Positions 1 to 13,519 of a stretch of DNA of 64,000 nucleotides are shown piece by piece. The stretch covers positions 211,918,001 to 211,982,000 of the forward strand of contig NC_086097.1 in NCBI RefSeq assembly GCF_963921235.1, in the 5' to 3' direction. The DNA comes from Mobula hypostoma (lineage: Eukaryota). A program made the position numbers and the translations under genes. The notes under the pieces are model-generated. The model worked only from the letters and a program-made list of their open reading frames with translations, was not told the DNA's origin and searched no databases. Numbering within the stretch: position 1 is the stretch's first letter; every line of letters begins with the position of its first letter.

Positions 1-439
1 ATTCCCAAATTCTTCTAGCTGCACCGTAGCTGTTCAATCTGATTCAATTTGTATGCTTCACAGTTTAGACCGGAAATTATAAATAGTTTCATTTAATATC
101 AGATATATATATGCAATATACTGTACATCCTGAAATTCTTGTTCTTCACAGACATCCATGAAAACAGAGGAGTACCCCAAAGAATGAGTGATGGTAAAAT
201 CATTAGAACCCTAACCACCCCGACTCCCCCCTCCCATGCATAAGCAGCAGCAAAGCAACAATCCTTCCTCTCCCCCACCTACTTCAGCAAACAAGCATCA
301 GAACTCTTCAGCTGCCAAGCAATCAGTAGTAAAGCCCCCAAGAAAGACCATGATCTGCAGTACAACAAAAACTAATTGTTCACCCGACAAATAATCATCC
401 CTCTCTGCACCCCCACCCCCCTTCAGTATGTTGAAGTTC

Positions 440-790
440 CATTGAGAGAGCATGCAATACTAGATTTGCTATTAGGGAATGAGACAAGGCAGGTGACAGA
501 AGTTTGTGTATAGGAAGACTTTGCATCCCATGACCACAATGCTATTCGTTTCAAAGTAAATATGGAAAAAGATAGGTCTGGTCCGCAGATTCTAAATTGG
601 AGAAAGGCCAATTTTGATGGTACCAGAAATGATTTGGCAAGTGTGGGTTGGGACAGGCTGTTTTATGGCAAAGGTGTGCTTGGAAGGTGGGAGGCCTTCA
701 AAAGTGAAATTTTGTATGTGCCTGTCAGAATAAAAGGTAAAGAGAGCAAGTGTAGGGCACCTTGGTTTTCAAGTGATACTGAGGCACTAA
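440..790 (+). mobile_element. CR1 LINE fragment (end of endonuclease and linker)
   Basis: AILDLLLGNE and DHNAIRFKV-like sequence; ORF 562..798 with NWRKANFD...PWF. Confidence 0.75.
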
Positions 791-1118
791 TTCCATGAAG
801 GTGCTACGGAGGCTAGTGTCCATGATGGAGCTGACTAAGTTTACAACTCTCTGCAGCCTATTTCAATCCTGTGCTTGCCCCCCCCCCCTTCAATGCTGCA
901 GTTCAAATACTCTCCACAATACGTCTGTAGAAAATTGCAGATGTCTTTGGTGACATACCAAATCTCAAAGTTCATTCTTTGGAACTGTATCAACATGTTG
1001 AGAGCAGAAAATATCCTCAGATGTTGACACCCAGAAACGTGAAATTACTCACTCTTTCCACTAATGATCCCTCTATGACTTGCCCTTTCTTACTGACATT
1101 GAGGCTAATAATTTTGTG

Positions 1119-1299
1119 CAACACACACATAATGCTGGAGGAACTCAGCAGGTCAAACAGCATCTATGAAAATGAATACACAGGCCCAAAACATTGACTG
1201 TTATTCATTTCCCTAGATACAGCCAGACCTGCTGAGTTCTTCTGGCATTTTGCGTTTGTCGCTTTTCATTTCCAGCATCTGCAGATGTTTTCATGTTTA
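1119..1299. mobile_element. Penelope-derived fold-back mini-element (decayed)
   Basis: Inverted arms caacacacac.aatgctggaggaactcagcagg / cctgctgagttc...gcatttt; degenerate TSD taataatNNtgtg at 1106-1118 and 1300-1312. Confidence 0.7.
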
Positions 1300-1459
1300 T
1301 AATAATCATGTGATCTTGTTTCTGTGCACCAAGCCTGTTGGTACATGGTTGCGTTCTTAAATATTTATCTATCTGATTTTGATACCACCCTTTTGACTTT
1401 GACCTTTTTTTTATGTAATAGATTAGAATCGTACACTTTAATTCATTCAGAGTATTCTT

Positions 1460-2567
1460 TCTTTCTTTTTAAATCTTTTTATTGAATAAGTATACAAAAA
1501 GGTAAGCCATATAAACATTAATACAATGTTAAAATATAATAAAATTACAGAAGGTATCAATACCAAAAAAAATACTACAAACAATGTAATTTAAACATAA
1601 GAAACCAAGATAACATAATAGTATACTAAATTTTATATATATATCAATATAAAAAAAGAAAAAAAAAAACCCCCAAAAAAACCCACCGTGCAACTAACTA
1701 AAAGCAAAGCAAAGCAATGGGCTAACTTGAAACCAAACAGAGTTAAACTTAAAATCACGTCCTCAATCCCGACCTCCATTAAAAACAGTGAAAAAACACA
1801 AGAAGGGTATATATTACATTAAATGAAAATATCGAATAAAAGATCCCCAAGTCTGTTCAAATTTAAATGAAGAATCATAAAGGTTACTTCTAATTTTCTC
1901 CAGATTCAAACATAATATCATCTGAGAGAACCAAAAAAAGGTAGTTGGAGCATTAAGCTAAGTATTATACTTTCTTCCTTTCCAATGCTTCCTCCTACAT
2001 ATATTTTAGATTCGATAATTAACCTTAATCCATGTCAGAAAGGTGCATCGGCTATATTTATAATATTATTATGAAACTTAGGAAAGCTCCATTTGATAAG
2101 ATTAGGGTAGATTTGGAACAGGAATTGGAGCTTACCATTTCTGTGGATGATTGGGGGCAGATTTTACAATTAGTTAATACTTCCTCTATTTGTGCTAAAC
2201 ATTCCCTAATGCAATTTAAAGTTGTTCATAGAGCACATATGTCCAAAGATAAGTTAGCGCGTTTTTACTTGCATATTAATCCTTTTTGTGATAGATGTTC
2301 GGGGCAGATAGCCTCTTTAACTCATATGTTTTGGTCTTGCCCTACTTTGGAAACTTTTTGGGGAGACATTTTTAATATTATTTCTAAGGTATTAAATATA
2401 GATATCTCTCCTCACCCTATTACTGCTATCTTTGGACTACCTAAAATTTCTAGTAATCTTTCCCCTTCAGCCCGTAGAATGATTGCATTTCTTACTTTAA
2501 TGGCGAAAAGATGTATTTTACAACATTGGAAAGAGCTTAATGCTCCAACTACCTTTTTTTGGTTCTC
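1460..2567 (-). mobile_element. L1/Tx1-clade LINE, 5'-truncated with a 5' inversion (twin priming)
   Basis: 3' UTR and T-rich tail on the - strand at 1460-1958. ORF2 C-terminal zinc finger (CDRC...HMFWSC) on the + strand at 1960-2567. 17-bp TSD tcattcagagtattctt at 1443-1459 and 2568-2584. Confidence 0.88.
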
Positions 2568-3049
2568 TCATTCAGAGTATTCTTGTGTTCATATGTAATA
2601 TATATCTTTGTGTTTAACTCTGAATTTACCATTTTTCCCATAATATTTGATTATGTTAAAGTTGCAGAAAGTAGTTAATATATTCTTAGTTAAAAAAGAA
2701 CATTGCTGTGATCTGAACAATTTAAAGTTTTCATAATTTTTAAGTTAGGGTTTGGGATTTGGGACAAAGTCATTAGCAAATTAATTGTGTTCAGTAGACA
2801 TGTTCACATAGATGCTTTTTGTGTTTTTTAGATTGTAAATTGCATTGATTCAGAATCTGTGCATTTCCTCAATCAATCAGATTAAATATTTCTTTCTTGG
2901 ATGTGTGATGTTTTAATCTGACAAATTAGAAGTCAAAATAAAAAGTCAAACCCAGCCTGCCTACCCCTGGGTTTGGCAGAGGTGGGGCTGCATAGATAAC
3001 CAACCTACTCCACGGTGTATTTAGTCAAGCTGCTAGTTTTTAACTTGTT

Positions 3050-5435
3050 CAACAGGTTTATCTGTCTTCTGAGTTAGATCGGAAATCAGAAGACCGACAT
3101 AGAATTGAAAACCTGAACCTGAGGGAGGACCAATATTCTCACAGACAGGCTTGTTTGAGCTATTGGGGAGGGTTTAAACTAATTTGGTGGGGGGATGGGA
3201 ACTGGAGTGAAGGGTCTCAGGATAGGACGGATGGTTTAAAAAAACTAAGCATGCAATCAGACTATCGGGTGGGACAGTCAGATGGTAGGACAAAATTGCA
3301 GCCAGCAGGGTGAGTATCAGTGCATTATGGATGCAAAATCAAAAAAGGAAGCAAATACAGTACTCAAAGTGTTTTAATGCACGAAGTGTAAGAAATAAGG
3401 TGGATAATCTTGTTGCACTATAACAGATTGTCAGGTATGATGTTGTGGCCATCACTGAATCGTGGCTGAAGGATGGTTGTAGCTGGGAGCTGAATGTCTG
3501 AGGTTACACATTGTATCAGAGGGATAGGAAGAGGCAGAGGGAGTGAGGCAGGGGTGAGGAAGAGGCAGAGGGGGTGGCGTGGTTCTGCTGGTAAAGAATA
3601 GCATCGAATCATTAGAAAGATATGACTTGGGATTGGAAGACTTTGAATCTTTGTGGGTTGAGTTAAGAAACTGCAAGGGTAAGAGGACCCTGGTGGCAGT
3701 TGTAGACAGGCTTTCTAATAGTAGCTGGGATGTGGACCACAGATTACAACGGGAAATAGAAAGGGTGTCTCAAAAGGGCAATGTTATGATAGTCATGGTA
3801 GATTTTAACATGCAGGTCGATTGGGGAAAATCAGGTTGGTAATGGATATTAAGAAAGTGAGTTAGTTTGTTGAATGCCTACAAGATGACATTTTAGAGCA
3901 GTTTCTCATTGAGCCTACTAGTGGCTCAGCTGTATTGGATTGTATGTTATGTAATGAACTGGAGGCGATTTGGGAGCTTAAGGAAAGGAAACCTTTAGGA
4001 GGCAGTGATCACAATATGATTGAGTTCAACTTGAAATGTGATAGGGAGAAAGTAAAGTCTGACATAGCAGTATTTCAGTGGAGTAAGGGAAATGACAATA
4101 GTATGAGAGAGGAGTTGGCCAAAGTAAATTGGAAGGAGATGATGACAGAGATGACAGCAGAGCAGCAAAGGCTTGAGTTTCTGGGGAAAATGAGAAAGGT
4201 GCAGGATTGATATATTCCAAAAGCAAAGAAATACTCAAATGGCAAAATATTACAACCCTGGAAGTTAAAGCTAATGTAAAAGCAAAAGAGAGGGCGTACA
4301 AAAAAGAAAAAATTAGATTGAAGATAGAGAATTGGGTAGCTTTTAAAAACCTACAGAAAGCACCTAAAATAATCATTAGGAGGGAAAAGATGAAATATGA
4401 AAGCAAGTTAGCAAACAGTATCAAGGTGGATAGAAAAAGCTTTTTCAAGTATATGAGAGATAAGAGTGGATATAGGACCACTAGAAAATGAGGCCGGAGA
4501 ATTAATAGTGGGGGACAAGGAGATAACAAATGAACTAAATGAGTATTCTGCATCAGTCCTCACAGTGGAAGACAGTAGCAGTGTGCCAGGTGTTGAAGGG
4601 TGTAGGGAAGAGAAGTGAGAGAGTGCAGTTACTATTACAAGGGAGAAGATGCTCAAAAAGCTGAAAGTCCCAAGGGTACATAAGTCACTTGGCCCAGATG
4701 AACTGCACCATAAGGTTATGAAAGAGATAGCGGCAGAGATTGTGATGGCATTAGTAAGGATCTTTCAAGAATCATTGGACTCGGGCATGGTTCCGGAGGA
4801 CTGGAGAATTGCAAATATCACTCCACTCTTTAAGAAAGGAGGAAGGCAGTAGAAAGAAAATTCTAGACCAGTTAGCCTGACCTCAGTGGTTGGGAAGATG
4901 TTGGAGTCAATTGTTAGGATGAGGTTGTGGAGTACTGTATTTGGTGACACAGGACAAGATAGGACAAAGTCAGCATAGCTTCCTTAAGGGAAAATCTTGT
5001 CTGACAAACTGTTGGAATTCTTTGAGGAGATTACAAGTAGGATAAATAAAGGGGATGTAGTGGCTGTTGTCCAAAGCCTTCTGAAAATCCAAATGTACAA
5101 GGGGCCACACATGAGGTTCCTTACCAAGTTAAGAGCCCTTGGCATTACAGGAAAGCATGGCTGATTGGTAGACAGCAATGAGTGGGAATAAAAGGATCCT
5201 TTTCTGGTTGGCTGCCAGTGACTAGTGGTGTTCTGCAGGGGTTGGTGTTGAGACTACTTCTTTTTCTCATATATATCAATGATTTAGGTGATGGAATAAA
5301 TGGCTTTGTTGTCATGTTTTAGATGTTATGAAGATTGGTGGAGAGGCAGGTAGTGTTGCAGAAATAGGAAGGCTGCAGAAGGACTTAGATTAGTTGAATG
5401 GGCAAGACAGTGGCAAATGAAATATGTTGTAAAAT
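3050..5435 (+). mobile_element. Decayed CR1 LINE (end of ORF1, ORF2 endonuclease to RT)
   Basis: Frameshifted ORF pieces: VAITESW, GGSDHNMIEF, KSLGPDELH, PEDWRIANITPLFKKG. Confidence 0.85.
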
Positions 5436-5639
5436 TATATATCAATTTATATCAATAACTTAGAGGAAAGAAATTATAATCAGCGGGGGTTCGAGTTCCA
5501 ATCCCTGTAGAAACCCTGAAAGTGGCCTGAAAGCCACATATTTGTTGCTAATCTTTTCTCTTCGTTAATCAATCCTTGGTCATTTGAATATTACACCATG
5601 TGCTCTAATCTTCTATAATAACTTCTTGTGACATCTGGA

Positions 5640-6478
5640 GTTATAGAAAAGTACAGCACAGAAATAGACCCTTCAGCCCATCTAGTATGTGCCAAGCCAT
5701 TTAAACTGCTTTCTCCCATCAACCTGCACTGGGACCATAGCCCTTCATACCCCTACCATCCATGTGCATATCCTGGCTTCATTTAAATTTTGAAATTGAG
5801 CTCAAATGCACCACTTGTGCTGGCAGCTCGTTCCACACTCTCGTGACTTTCATCATCCCCTTAAGCTTTTCACCTTTCACCCATGATCTCTAGTTGTAGT
5901 CCCACTTAACCTCAGTGGAAAAAGCCTGCTTACACTTACCCTATCTATACCCCTTGTAACTTTGTATACCTCTCTCAAATCTCCTCTCAAACTTTTATGT
6001 TCCAAGGAATAAAGTCCTAACCTATTCAATCTTTCCTTATAACTCAGACCCTCCAGATCTGGCAACATCCTTGTGAATTTTCTCTGTACTCTTTTAACCT
6101 TTTTTACATCTTTCCTGTAGGTAGGTGACCAAAATGCACATAATACTCCAAATTAGGCCTCACCAATGTCTTGTATAACTTAATACTTTGATTTATGAAG
6201 GCCAGTGTGCCAAAAACTTTCTTTATGACCCTATCAACTTGTGATGCCTCTTTCAATGAATTATGGACCTATTCACTTTGTTCTACCACACTCCTCAGTG
6301 CCCTGCCATTCACTGTGCAAGACCTACCCTACTTGGTCCTATTGAAGTGCAACACCTCGCACTTGCCTACATTAAGTTCTGTCTGCTATTTTTCAGCCCA
6401 TTTTTCCAGCTGGTCCAGATCCTGCCGCAAGCCCTGATTGACTTCCTTGCAGTCCACTACACCCACAATCTTGGTGCT
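5640..6478 (-). mobile_element. CR1 LINE 3' part
   Basis: ORF 5877..6068 (LEGLSYKERLNRLGLYSLE...RGDL) and the CR1 3' tail. Confidence 0.8.
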
Positions 6479-7999
6479 AGTCCTGAAGACTGAAGGTCAA
6501 ACCTGTGATGGCATCTTGGGGTGAAGTCTGAGGTTAGAGGCCCAATGTCTGAGAATCCGGAGACAAACACTAGAGACCCAGAGGCAGCCTGGCCTGGGGT
6601 TGGAGGATTTTTGAGTACATGAGTGGGTGTGAGGGATGGGAAAGCGTCACTTTTTTGTGCTGTTGTTTTGTTGTTGCTGCAGCTCGTGATGTGAGCATGT
6701 TATGTTGGCACTGGAATGTGTGGCAACACTTTCTGAGCTGCCCCCAGCGCATCCATGAGTGTGCTGGTTGTTAAGGCGATCGATGCATTTCACTGTATGT
6801 TTTGATGCAGGTGTGAAAAGCTGAATCTGAAACATTGCCTATTGACTAGTACACCCACATCTACTGGAATAAAATGCTTCGAGTGGTTAGTTACGGCAAA
6901 AATTAACACCTACCTGAACAAGAGCTTGGGCCTGCTGCATACACAATCTCATAGGCTCTCCAATCTGCTCTGGAGCACCTAGACAACGTCAAGATACGAG
7001 ACACTTTATTGATTGCAGCTTGGCGTTTAACACCATCATTCCTTCAGTTCTAATAAACAAGCAAAACCTGGGCCTCTGTCTCTCTCTGCAACTGGATCCT
7101 CGATTTCTTTGCCATGGGCAGCTGTGGAGGGCAAGTCTTTATGTGTATTTAAGGCAGAGGTTGATAGATTCATGACTGATTAGGGCATGAAGGGATGTGG
7201 GAAGAAGGCGGGAGATTGGAGTTGACTGGAAGAATCCCAGACAAAGTAGAAGCATTCAGTGTGCTCCGTAAAAAGGAGGTAAGAGCTGCTTCCCTTATTT
7301 TCCCAAATTGTCTAAGAAATTGCCCAGTTCTTGCCTCAATACACCATCTAATGGAAGTTTAATAGTGAAGGGAAACTATTATATGTTGCTATTCTGGGAG
7401 CAAAAACATTGTGCTCAAATTAAATTTATACAAACTAGTGGAGTACCTAAGAAACTTACTGATAGTAATCTATTGCTCAAAAACAATTTCGATTGCAATC
7501 ATTTGAGGAAAAACTTGTCATTTGCAATCCTACAAATTTCCTATTGTAATCCTAACATAAAATACTGTGTTCCTAAGATATCTCAATTGCAATCTGCAGT
7601 GAGTCTGATCGCAATTGTAAAATAATATGTCGATTACAATCCATAATATTTCAATCACAGTCCAAGTGATTAAAAAAAACATACAAATCAAGTGTGAAAT
7701 TGAATTAAGACAATAGCCAAAATCATGAAACCTACTATAGAAAAAGGGGAAATTGAACCTCCAATTATTGATGACTAAGGGTTTGAGTTCATACCTGAAT
7801 AAGATATTTCTTCCACTCGCTTCTTCAGCTGCTTGCTTCGATTGTCAATCAGCAGTCACCGACCATTGGTCCCCTGGCATTGCTTGCTAGTTAACAGCCA
7901 CAGCTGCTACAGGTGAGTCAACTATTAGTCAACAGAAGATGGTGGGCTGGAATTCACCATATGTATTGCTGCACTCTCAGTTTGAGCCAAAGTGCAGAA

Positions 8000-8950
8000 G
8001 CCAATTCCCTAAAGAAAAATGTCATTTCTGTAGTAAGAAAGGACATTGGGCTTGAAGTGTTGGTATAGGAATCAAAGTGGACAACAGAAATGAGCCCAAC
8101 AACAAGTTCAATCCCCTGCCTCACAAGATTCTAACTTGATGATGTGGCTTCAACAAGCAGTGTTAGATGTAATAGACATATCATTGAATCAAGAATGACT
8201 AAGCCTTTCCCTGCAGCCCTTGCCTTGATAGAGCAAGTACTAGATAGCTTTTATGTTAACTTACTAATTGGGAATGAATGTGCCGAATTCTTGATAAGAT
8301 TTTGATGACTTTGACTGTGCAAGAATAATAACGAGCCATGAAGAAGTAAAATAATTACAATGAAACACCTCTATTGAACTTAGATCTGCTTCTATACACT
8401 GATGGTTCCTCAACGGTTGAACAATTTGAAAGGCTGGCTGGTCCATTGTTTCTGAAATGGAAGTGCTGGCTTCTGGTAGCTCTGTGCAAAGGCAGAACTG
8501 AAAGCTCTGATTGAAGCCTGTAAAGTGGCAGAAAGAAGAAAGGCTAATACTGTACTCACACTGATTCTTGATATGCTTTTGGAGTTGTTCATGAGCTTGG
8601 AAATGTGGAGACAAAGGAGATTTCTTATGGCTGTAGGAACCTCAATCAAGGACAGCCAACTAGTATAAGAACTGATGGATGTCATAGAACTGTTGTCAGA
8701 AGTTGCTGTATCAAAGTGTAAAAGCTACTCCAAAATGACTACAATGAAGAGTCATGGGAACACATTCACAGATGAAGTTGCAAAAAAGGCAGAGTGGATA
8801 GGAGAATTAAAAGAAATAAAATGTGTCAAAGGATTAAAAGAAGTACTGAGAACATAGGCAGTGAAACTGACAACTGAAGTTGGACTCTGTATCATCAGCA
8901 AACATACAAGATAGTTGAAAGATGCAAACTCAATGCTCTAACCAGGAAAA
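8000..8950 (+). mobile_element. Endogenous retrovirus relic: gag zinc knuckle and retroviral RNase H
   Basis: CHFCSKKGHWA.C at about 8020-8060; LYTDGSS at 8392-8412; SAQ(K)AEL(K)AL-like; YAFGVVH; GNTFTDEVAKKA (ORF 8675..8857). Many frameshifts. Confidence 0.7.
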
Positions 8951-9139
8951 GTGGTTCTATGTGAAGAATGTTCAATAGTGTTGGAGAATGGATCCATAAT
9001 TTGGGTGATTTCTGATTATTTTATACTCTACATAAATACCACAAGTTTTTGTACCTCTGAATTTTCAGATGTAATGATTTAGAATCAAATGAGGGGATAT
9101 TGAATTAGAATATATAATTACTATTTTGTAGACTAAGTG

Positions 9140-9285
9140 TCTTCTCCATTCCTTCTCAATCCTGAAGAAGGATCTTGGCCTGAAATTTCGACTGTTTATT
9201 CATTTCCATAGATGACCTGCTGGGCTCCTCCAGCATTTTGTGTGTGTTGCTCTGGATATCTAGCATCTGCACTCTTTCTCATTTA
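9140..9285 (+). mobile_element. Penelope terminal fragment with a decayed hammerhead motif
   Basis: ctgaaga-aggatcttggcct-gaaatttc-gact at about 9158-9193, followed by the family tail gcattttgtgtgtgttgc. Confidence 0.65.
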
Positions 9286-9384
9286 GGAAACATGATGTGC
9301 TTATTATAAAGCAATGTTGAATTTGCCTGATAACCATGAATTTTCCAAAATGCCCCACTGTAATGTCTTTAATAGTTTCTAAAA

Positions 9385-10605
9385 TGGATATACAGCATGG
9401 AAACTACCCTTGGCCCGATACCAATACCATTAAGGAAGGGATTCACCCCTGCCTTTGTTCAACTCATCCATGCCAATCAAGGTGTGTCTCTCTGTTTGCC
9501 AGGTTTCCTCTAAACCTTTCCACCTTCCTGCCCAAGCTATGTTTAAAGGTTATAATTGTATCTGTCTTCTATCACCATCTCTGACAGCTAGTTTCATACA
9601 TTCATCACCTTTTAAGATCCGCGTTAAATCTTCTCTTTTTCACCTTAATCCTAAACCATCTAGTTTTACGGTGTTCTACCCTGAGGCAAAAGACTGGTGA
9701 TTATCAGCCCATCTGTATGCTCTTCATAATTTTATAGATCTCTATTTGATCACCCCTCAGCCTCCTTTACTCCAAGAATAGCAGTCCCAGCCTATTGAAC
9801 CTCTCTTGTAGCTCAAGCCCTTCCATCCAGGCACCACTCAAGCTTAACCATCCTTCCTGTAGTGTAGCAACCAGAACTTCACACAATACTCCATGTGGTA
9901 TAACCAACAGTAACATAATGTCCAAACTCTTCTACTCAATTCCAATAATGATGCTTTTATCATTACCCTTCCAGAGAGTTATGTACTTGTATTCCATGGT
10001 CTTCCTGTTCAACAACACTCCCCAGGGCACCTCCTATCGACCGTGTGTGCCGTGGCCTGGTTTAACTTCCCAAACTGCTTCACTTCACACTTGTCAGAGA
10101 TAAATTCCATCCTTTCCTCTCTTTCCCAGATGACATCCCAAAAGGTGACTGTTGTAACCTTGGATAACCACCTTCCCTGGGTACTATAACATTAATTTTG
10201 GTGTCATCTGCAAACTTACTAATTATACATCTTTTATTCATATCTAAATCATTAATGTGTACTACAAGAACAGGACCCAGCAATGATCCCTACAACACAC
10301 CACTGTTCTCAGGTCTTTTCAGTCTCATAAGCAACCCTCCACTAAGACCCTCCGGCTCATAACACCAAGCCAATATTACATCCAGTTCGCTAGCTCATCC
10401 TGGAAGGTGTTTTAACCTTTAGGATCAGCCTACCTTGTCAAAGGTAGACATGATGTCTAGTGCCCTCCCTTGTAATTTCTCTTGGTCATCTCTTTTTATA
10501 GTTTTCCCATGCACAAAGCCATGCTGACTATCCCTAATCGTACTTTTCTTTACAAATTCTGCATTCAGAATCCCTTCCGGTAACTTCTCCACTATCGACA
10601 TAAGG
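9385..10605 (-). mobile_element. Old CR1 LINE RT and 3' fragment
   Basis: ORF 10080..10283 (LGP...INDLD...SKFADDTK) and a CR1-like tail. Confidence 0.75.
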
Positions 10606-12825
10606 CTGAAACTGACTATCTACCACCTCTCTGCTTCTCATTTTATATTTGGTTAAGTTGACCCTGCTAGCAGGTAAAGGAATGTCTGAGAAGGGGGGAG
10701 CTGTGAAAAATGGGATGGGAAAAGTTCAAGGTCAGCATACTTCTGTTGGCGTGAAAGGCAAAGTTGGCATGATTAAGGAACCCTATTGAGAAAGGCTCTG
10801 TTTAGAAAAAAGGATTCATGCTAGAATTAGACAACTGGGATTAAGAAAATCTCTTGCATACAAGTTCTGTAGAAGTACACTTAAAGTAGAAATTAGAAGA
10901 CCAAAGGGACATAAGGTATCCTTAGCTGATAAGGCAAATTAGAATCCCAAGATAGTCTATAACTATATTAAAAGCAAAGGGGTAACTAGGGAGAGAGTAG
11001 GTCCACTTAATGAATCTGGTAATTTGTATGTGGAGCCCTGGGAGATGGGTGAGTGAATATGGAGAAACCTGCATTTTTACCATTTGGTTACAGCAGTTCA
11101 CCCTCGAGGAGATGCCCACTTGCCTCAGCTGCTTCAGCCTTCAGAACTCTGACCTAAACCTATAATCTCTCGTACCTCACTGTAATAGTCATCTCAATCA
11201 CATTACTGTACTTGAATATACACACATTTCCTAGCCCTCTCATGCCTGAACCTTTTTGAAGCAAGTTTGAACAATTTAAACATTTATTTGATAATGCAGA
11301 GCGAAATTATATTGTCAAACTACTGCCTGTTTTGGTGGAATAATACAGGAATATGCTTAAGTCATGAAAGCATTTGTTAAAATACTTAAAAATTCTGTAC
11401 ACTGGTGTATATTTTTGCTGAGGATTGATAAGTTGATGGCCTAATACTTTGTCATCTATAAGGTTATTAACCTTTACCCTTAACTCCATAGAAAAACAGT
11501 TTCATTTACAAATTGAAAATCTGGAAAGCTTTTCCAGAATGTTGTACTAACATTGATACTGTTAATGATCGAGTATGATTAGTAAACATGGGAAAGATTA
11601 AAAATCTATTGTGGAGTATTTAACCACCTTTTGTATCATTTTATATATTTAAGTAAACTTGAAATGATCAGGGAACCTGATCTTTATCCCAGCAGTTACT
11701 ATGTACAATTACTTAAATAGCCAATGGTACTTTTAATTAGGTGAAGCAATTTTAAATATTTCTTGTGGATTAAAAGCAATAGAAATATAGCCAACTTGTA
11801 CGGTATTTGCTTTTCAAGGAGCTCCTGGTTTTCAAGTCAGGGGCAAAGGGATTTTGTGACTATGATCCAAGTCATTGGGGAGACATTGAAGTTGGTGATA
11901 TAAAAGTCTTTATTCATCACAATAAGCAGACATTCTCCAGGGGGCCTTCTCACTAGTGTCTCTCAAGCTGATTTTTATGCATTTTTATACCCTTAAGATC
12001 AAAGGTAACAGCAGGTGATCCAATATTCACATAATTCCGTATCTCCAGAATAATCCCTAAAAGGGCTGATGCTTACTACCAACTTCAAAACTGCCTTGAA
12101 AAAAAATTAATTGGCTCTGGTGCCTTTCTCCTTTTCAAGTATGATTTGTAATCAGAAGTTATCAATAGAGGATCTTGGGAATCAGTAACTGTGATGTTAT
12201 CAGGGTGCCTGAAAGATCACTCAAACTGAAGCTTTCAGTAAATAAAGGAAAAGACATTCTTTATAAATTGGAATATCAAAACTCAAAATATCAAAAATAA
12301 CATTGCAAGTTAAACAATTTTTGAAAGTTTAATAATTTTGGATGCTCTGGAAAAATGACGTGTGTATGTGTACATATCCACATCTGTCAAGTTAATAGGC
12401 TTGTGAGAGGTTGTTCTGTAGCAAAGTGTTAAAGATTCAGTTACATCTCATTCATTAGGAATCCATGTAGGTTAAAAACAGAGGGGATTTTCTGATCTTG
12501 TCATATTTTTAATTCAGTGAGCTGTTTTTGCTAACACTTTGTTAGATGTACTGTACCACGGAATTTCATCTTGTTTTGAAAGCATACCATGGACAGCTCC
12601 TTGGCTAGGTGCACTGTAAAGAGACCAGCTGTGAAACATCTTTATTGCTGTACAGTATATGAATGGATTGTATTTATTTCATTTCTCGTCCTTTCTCTGG
12701 CATTAGAAGTGAATCTAGAGAAAATGAAATTAATGTTGAATAGGGAACTCTTAAAAATTCGCTGGCTAATACCTTTTCAAAGTTGGGGCTGGAATGAGAA
12801 CCAGGAAGAGGAAAAGAAAGCTTAA

Positions 12826-13295
12826 TCAGAATCAGATTCAATATCACTGGCAAATGTTGTGAAATTTGTTGTTTTGTCACAGCAGTACATTGCAATACAT
12901 AATAATAAAGTTATACATTAAAAATTAAATTAATAAGTAGTGCAGAAAGAGAGGAAGAATAATACTGAGGTAGTGTTCATGGGTTCATTGTCTATTCAGA
13001 AATCTGATGGCAGAGGGGAGGAAGCTGTTCCTGAAATGTTAACTGTGCATCTTCAGGCTCCTGTACCACCACCTTGATGGTAGCAATGAAAAAAGGGCAT
13101 GTTCTGGGTGATGGGGGTCTTTAATGATGGAATCTGCCTTTTTGAGACATTGCCTTTTGAAGGTGTCCTGAATGCTGGAGAGCTTGGTGCCCATGATGGA
13201 GCTAGCAACGTTTATAACTTCCTGCAGTTTTTTTCCGATCCTGTGCTGTAGCAGATGCTGATGCAACCAGTTATAATGCTCTTCACGGTACATCT
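12826..13295 (-). mobile_element. Rex/Babar-type LINE 3' end
   Basis: ORF 13039..13293 (SIIKDPHHPEHALFSLLPS); (aatcag)n tail. Confidence 0.7.
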
Positions 13296-13519
13296 TAATA
13301 ACATTAACAGTCCTATAAACACAAATAAGACTGTTTTAACTGAAGAATTTAAAGCACTTTTACTCTGTAGCATGTTACAAAGGAAATTTCATCAATTTCA
13401 ATAAATCTGAGTTTTTATAATCAGTGGTTGTTTTGAATGGTCCTCCTTCCTCACAATGGAATTGTTTATTTTAAAATTTATCTTGAGCAGTATTGATGGC
13501 CTCTGTTGTTGGAGTTGAC

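Noticed and set aside
11855..12260. Possible solo LTR (the - strand ends aataaa...tcaca)
   Set aside because: Only one terminus is recognisable; no matching end or TSD was found.
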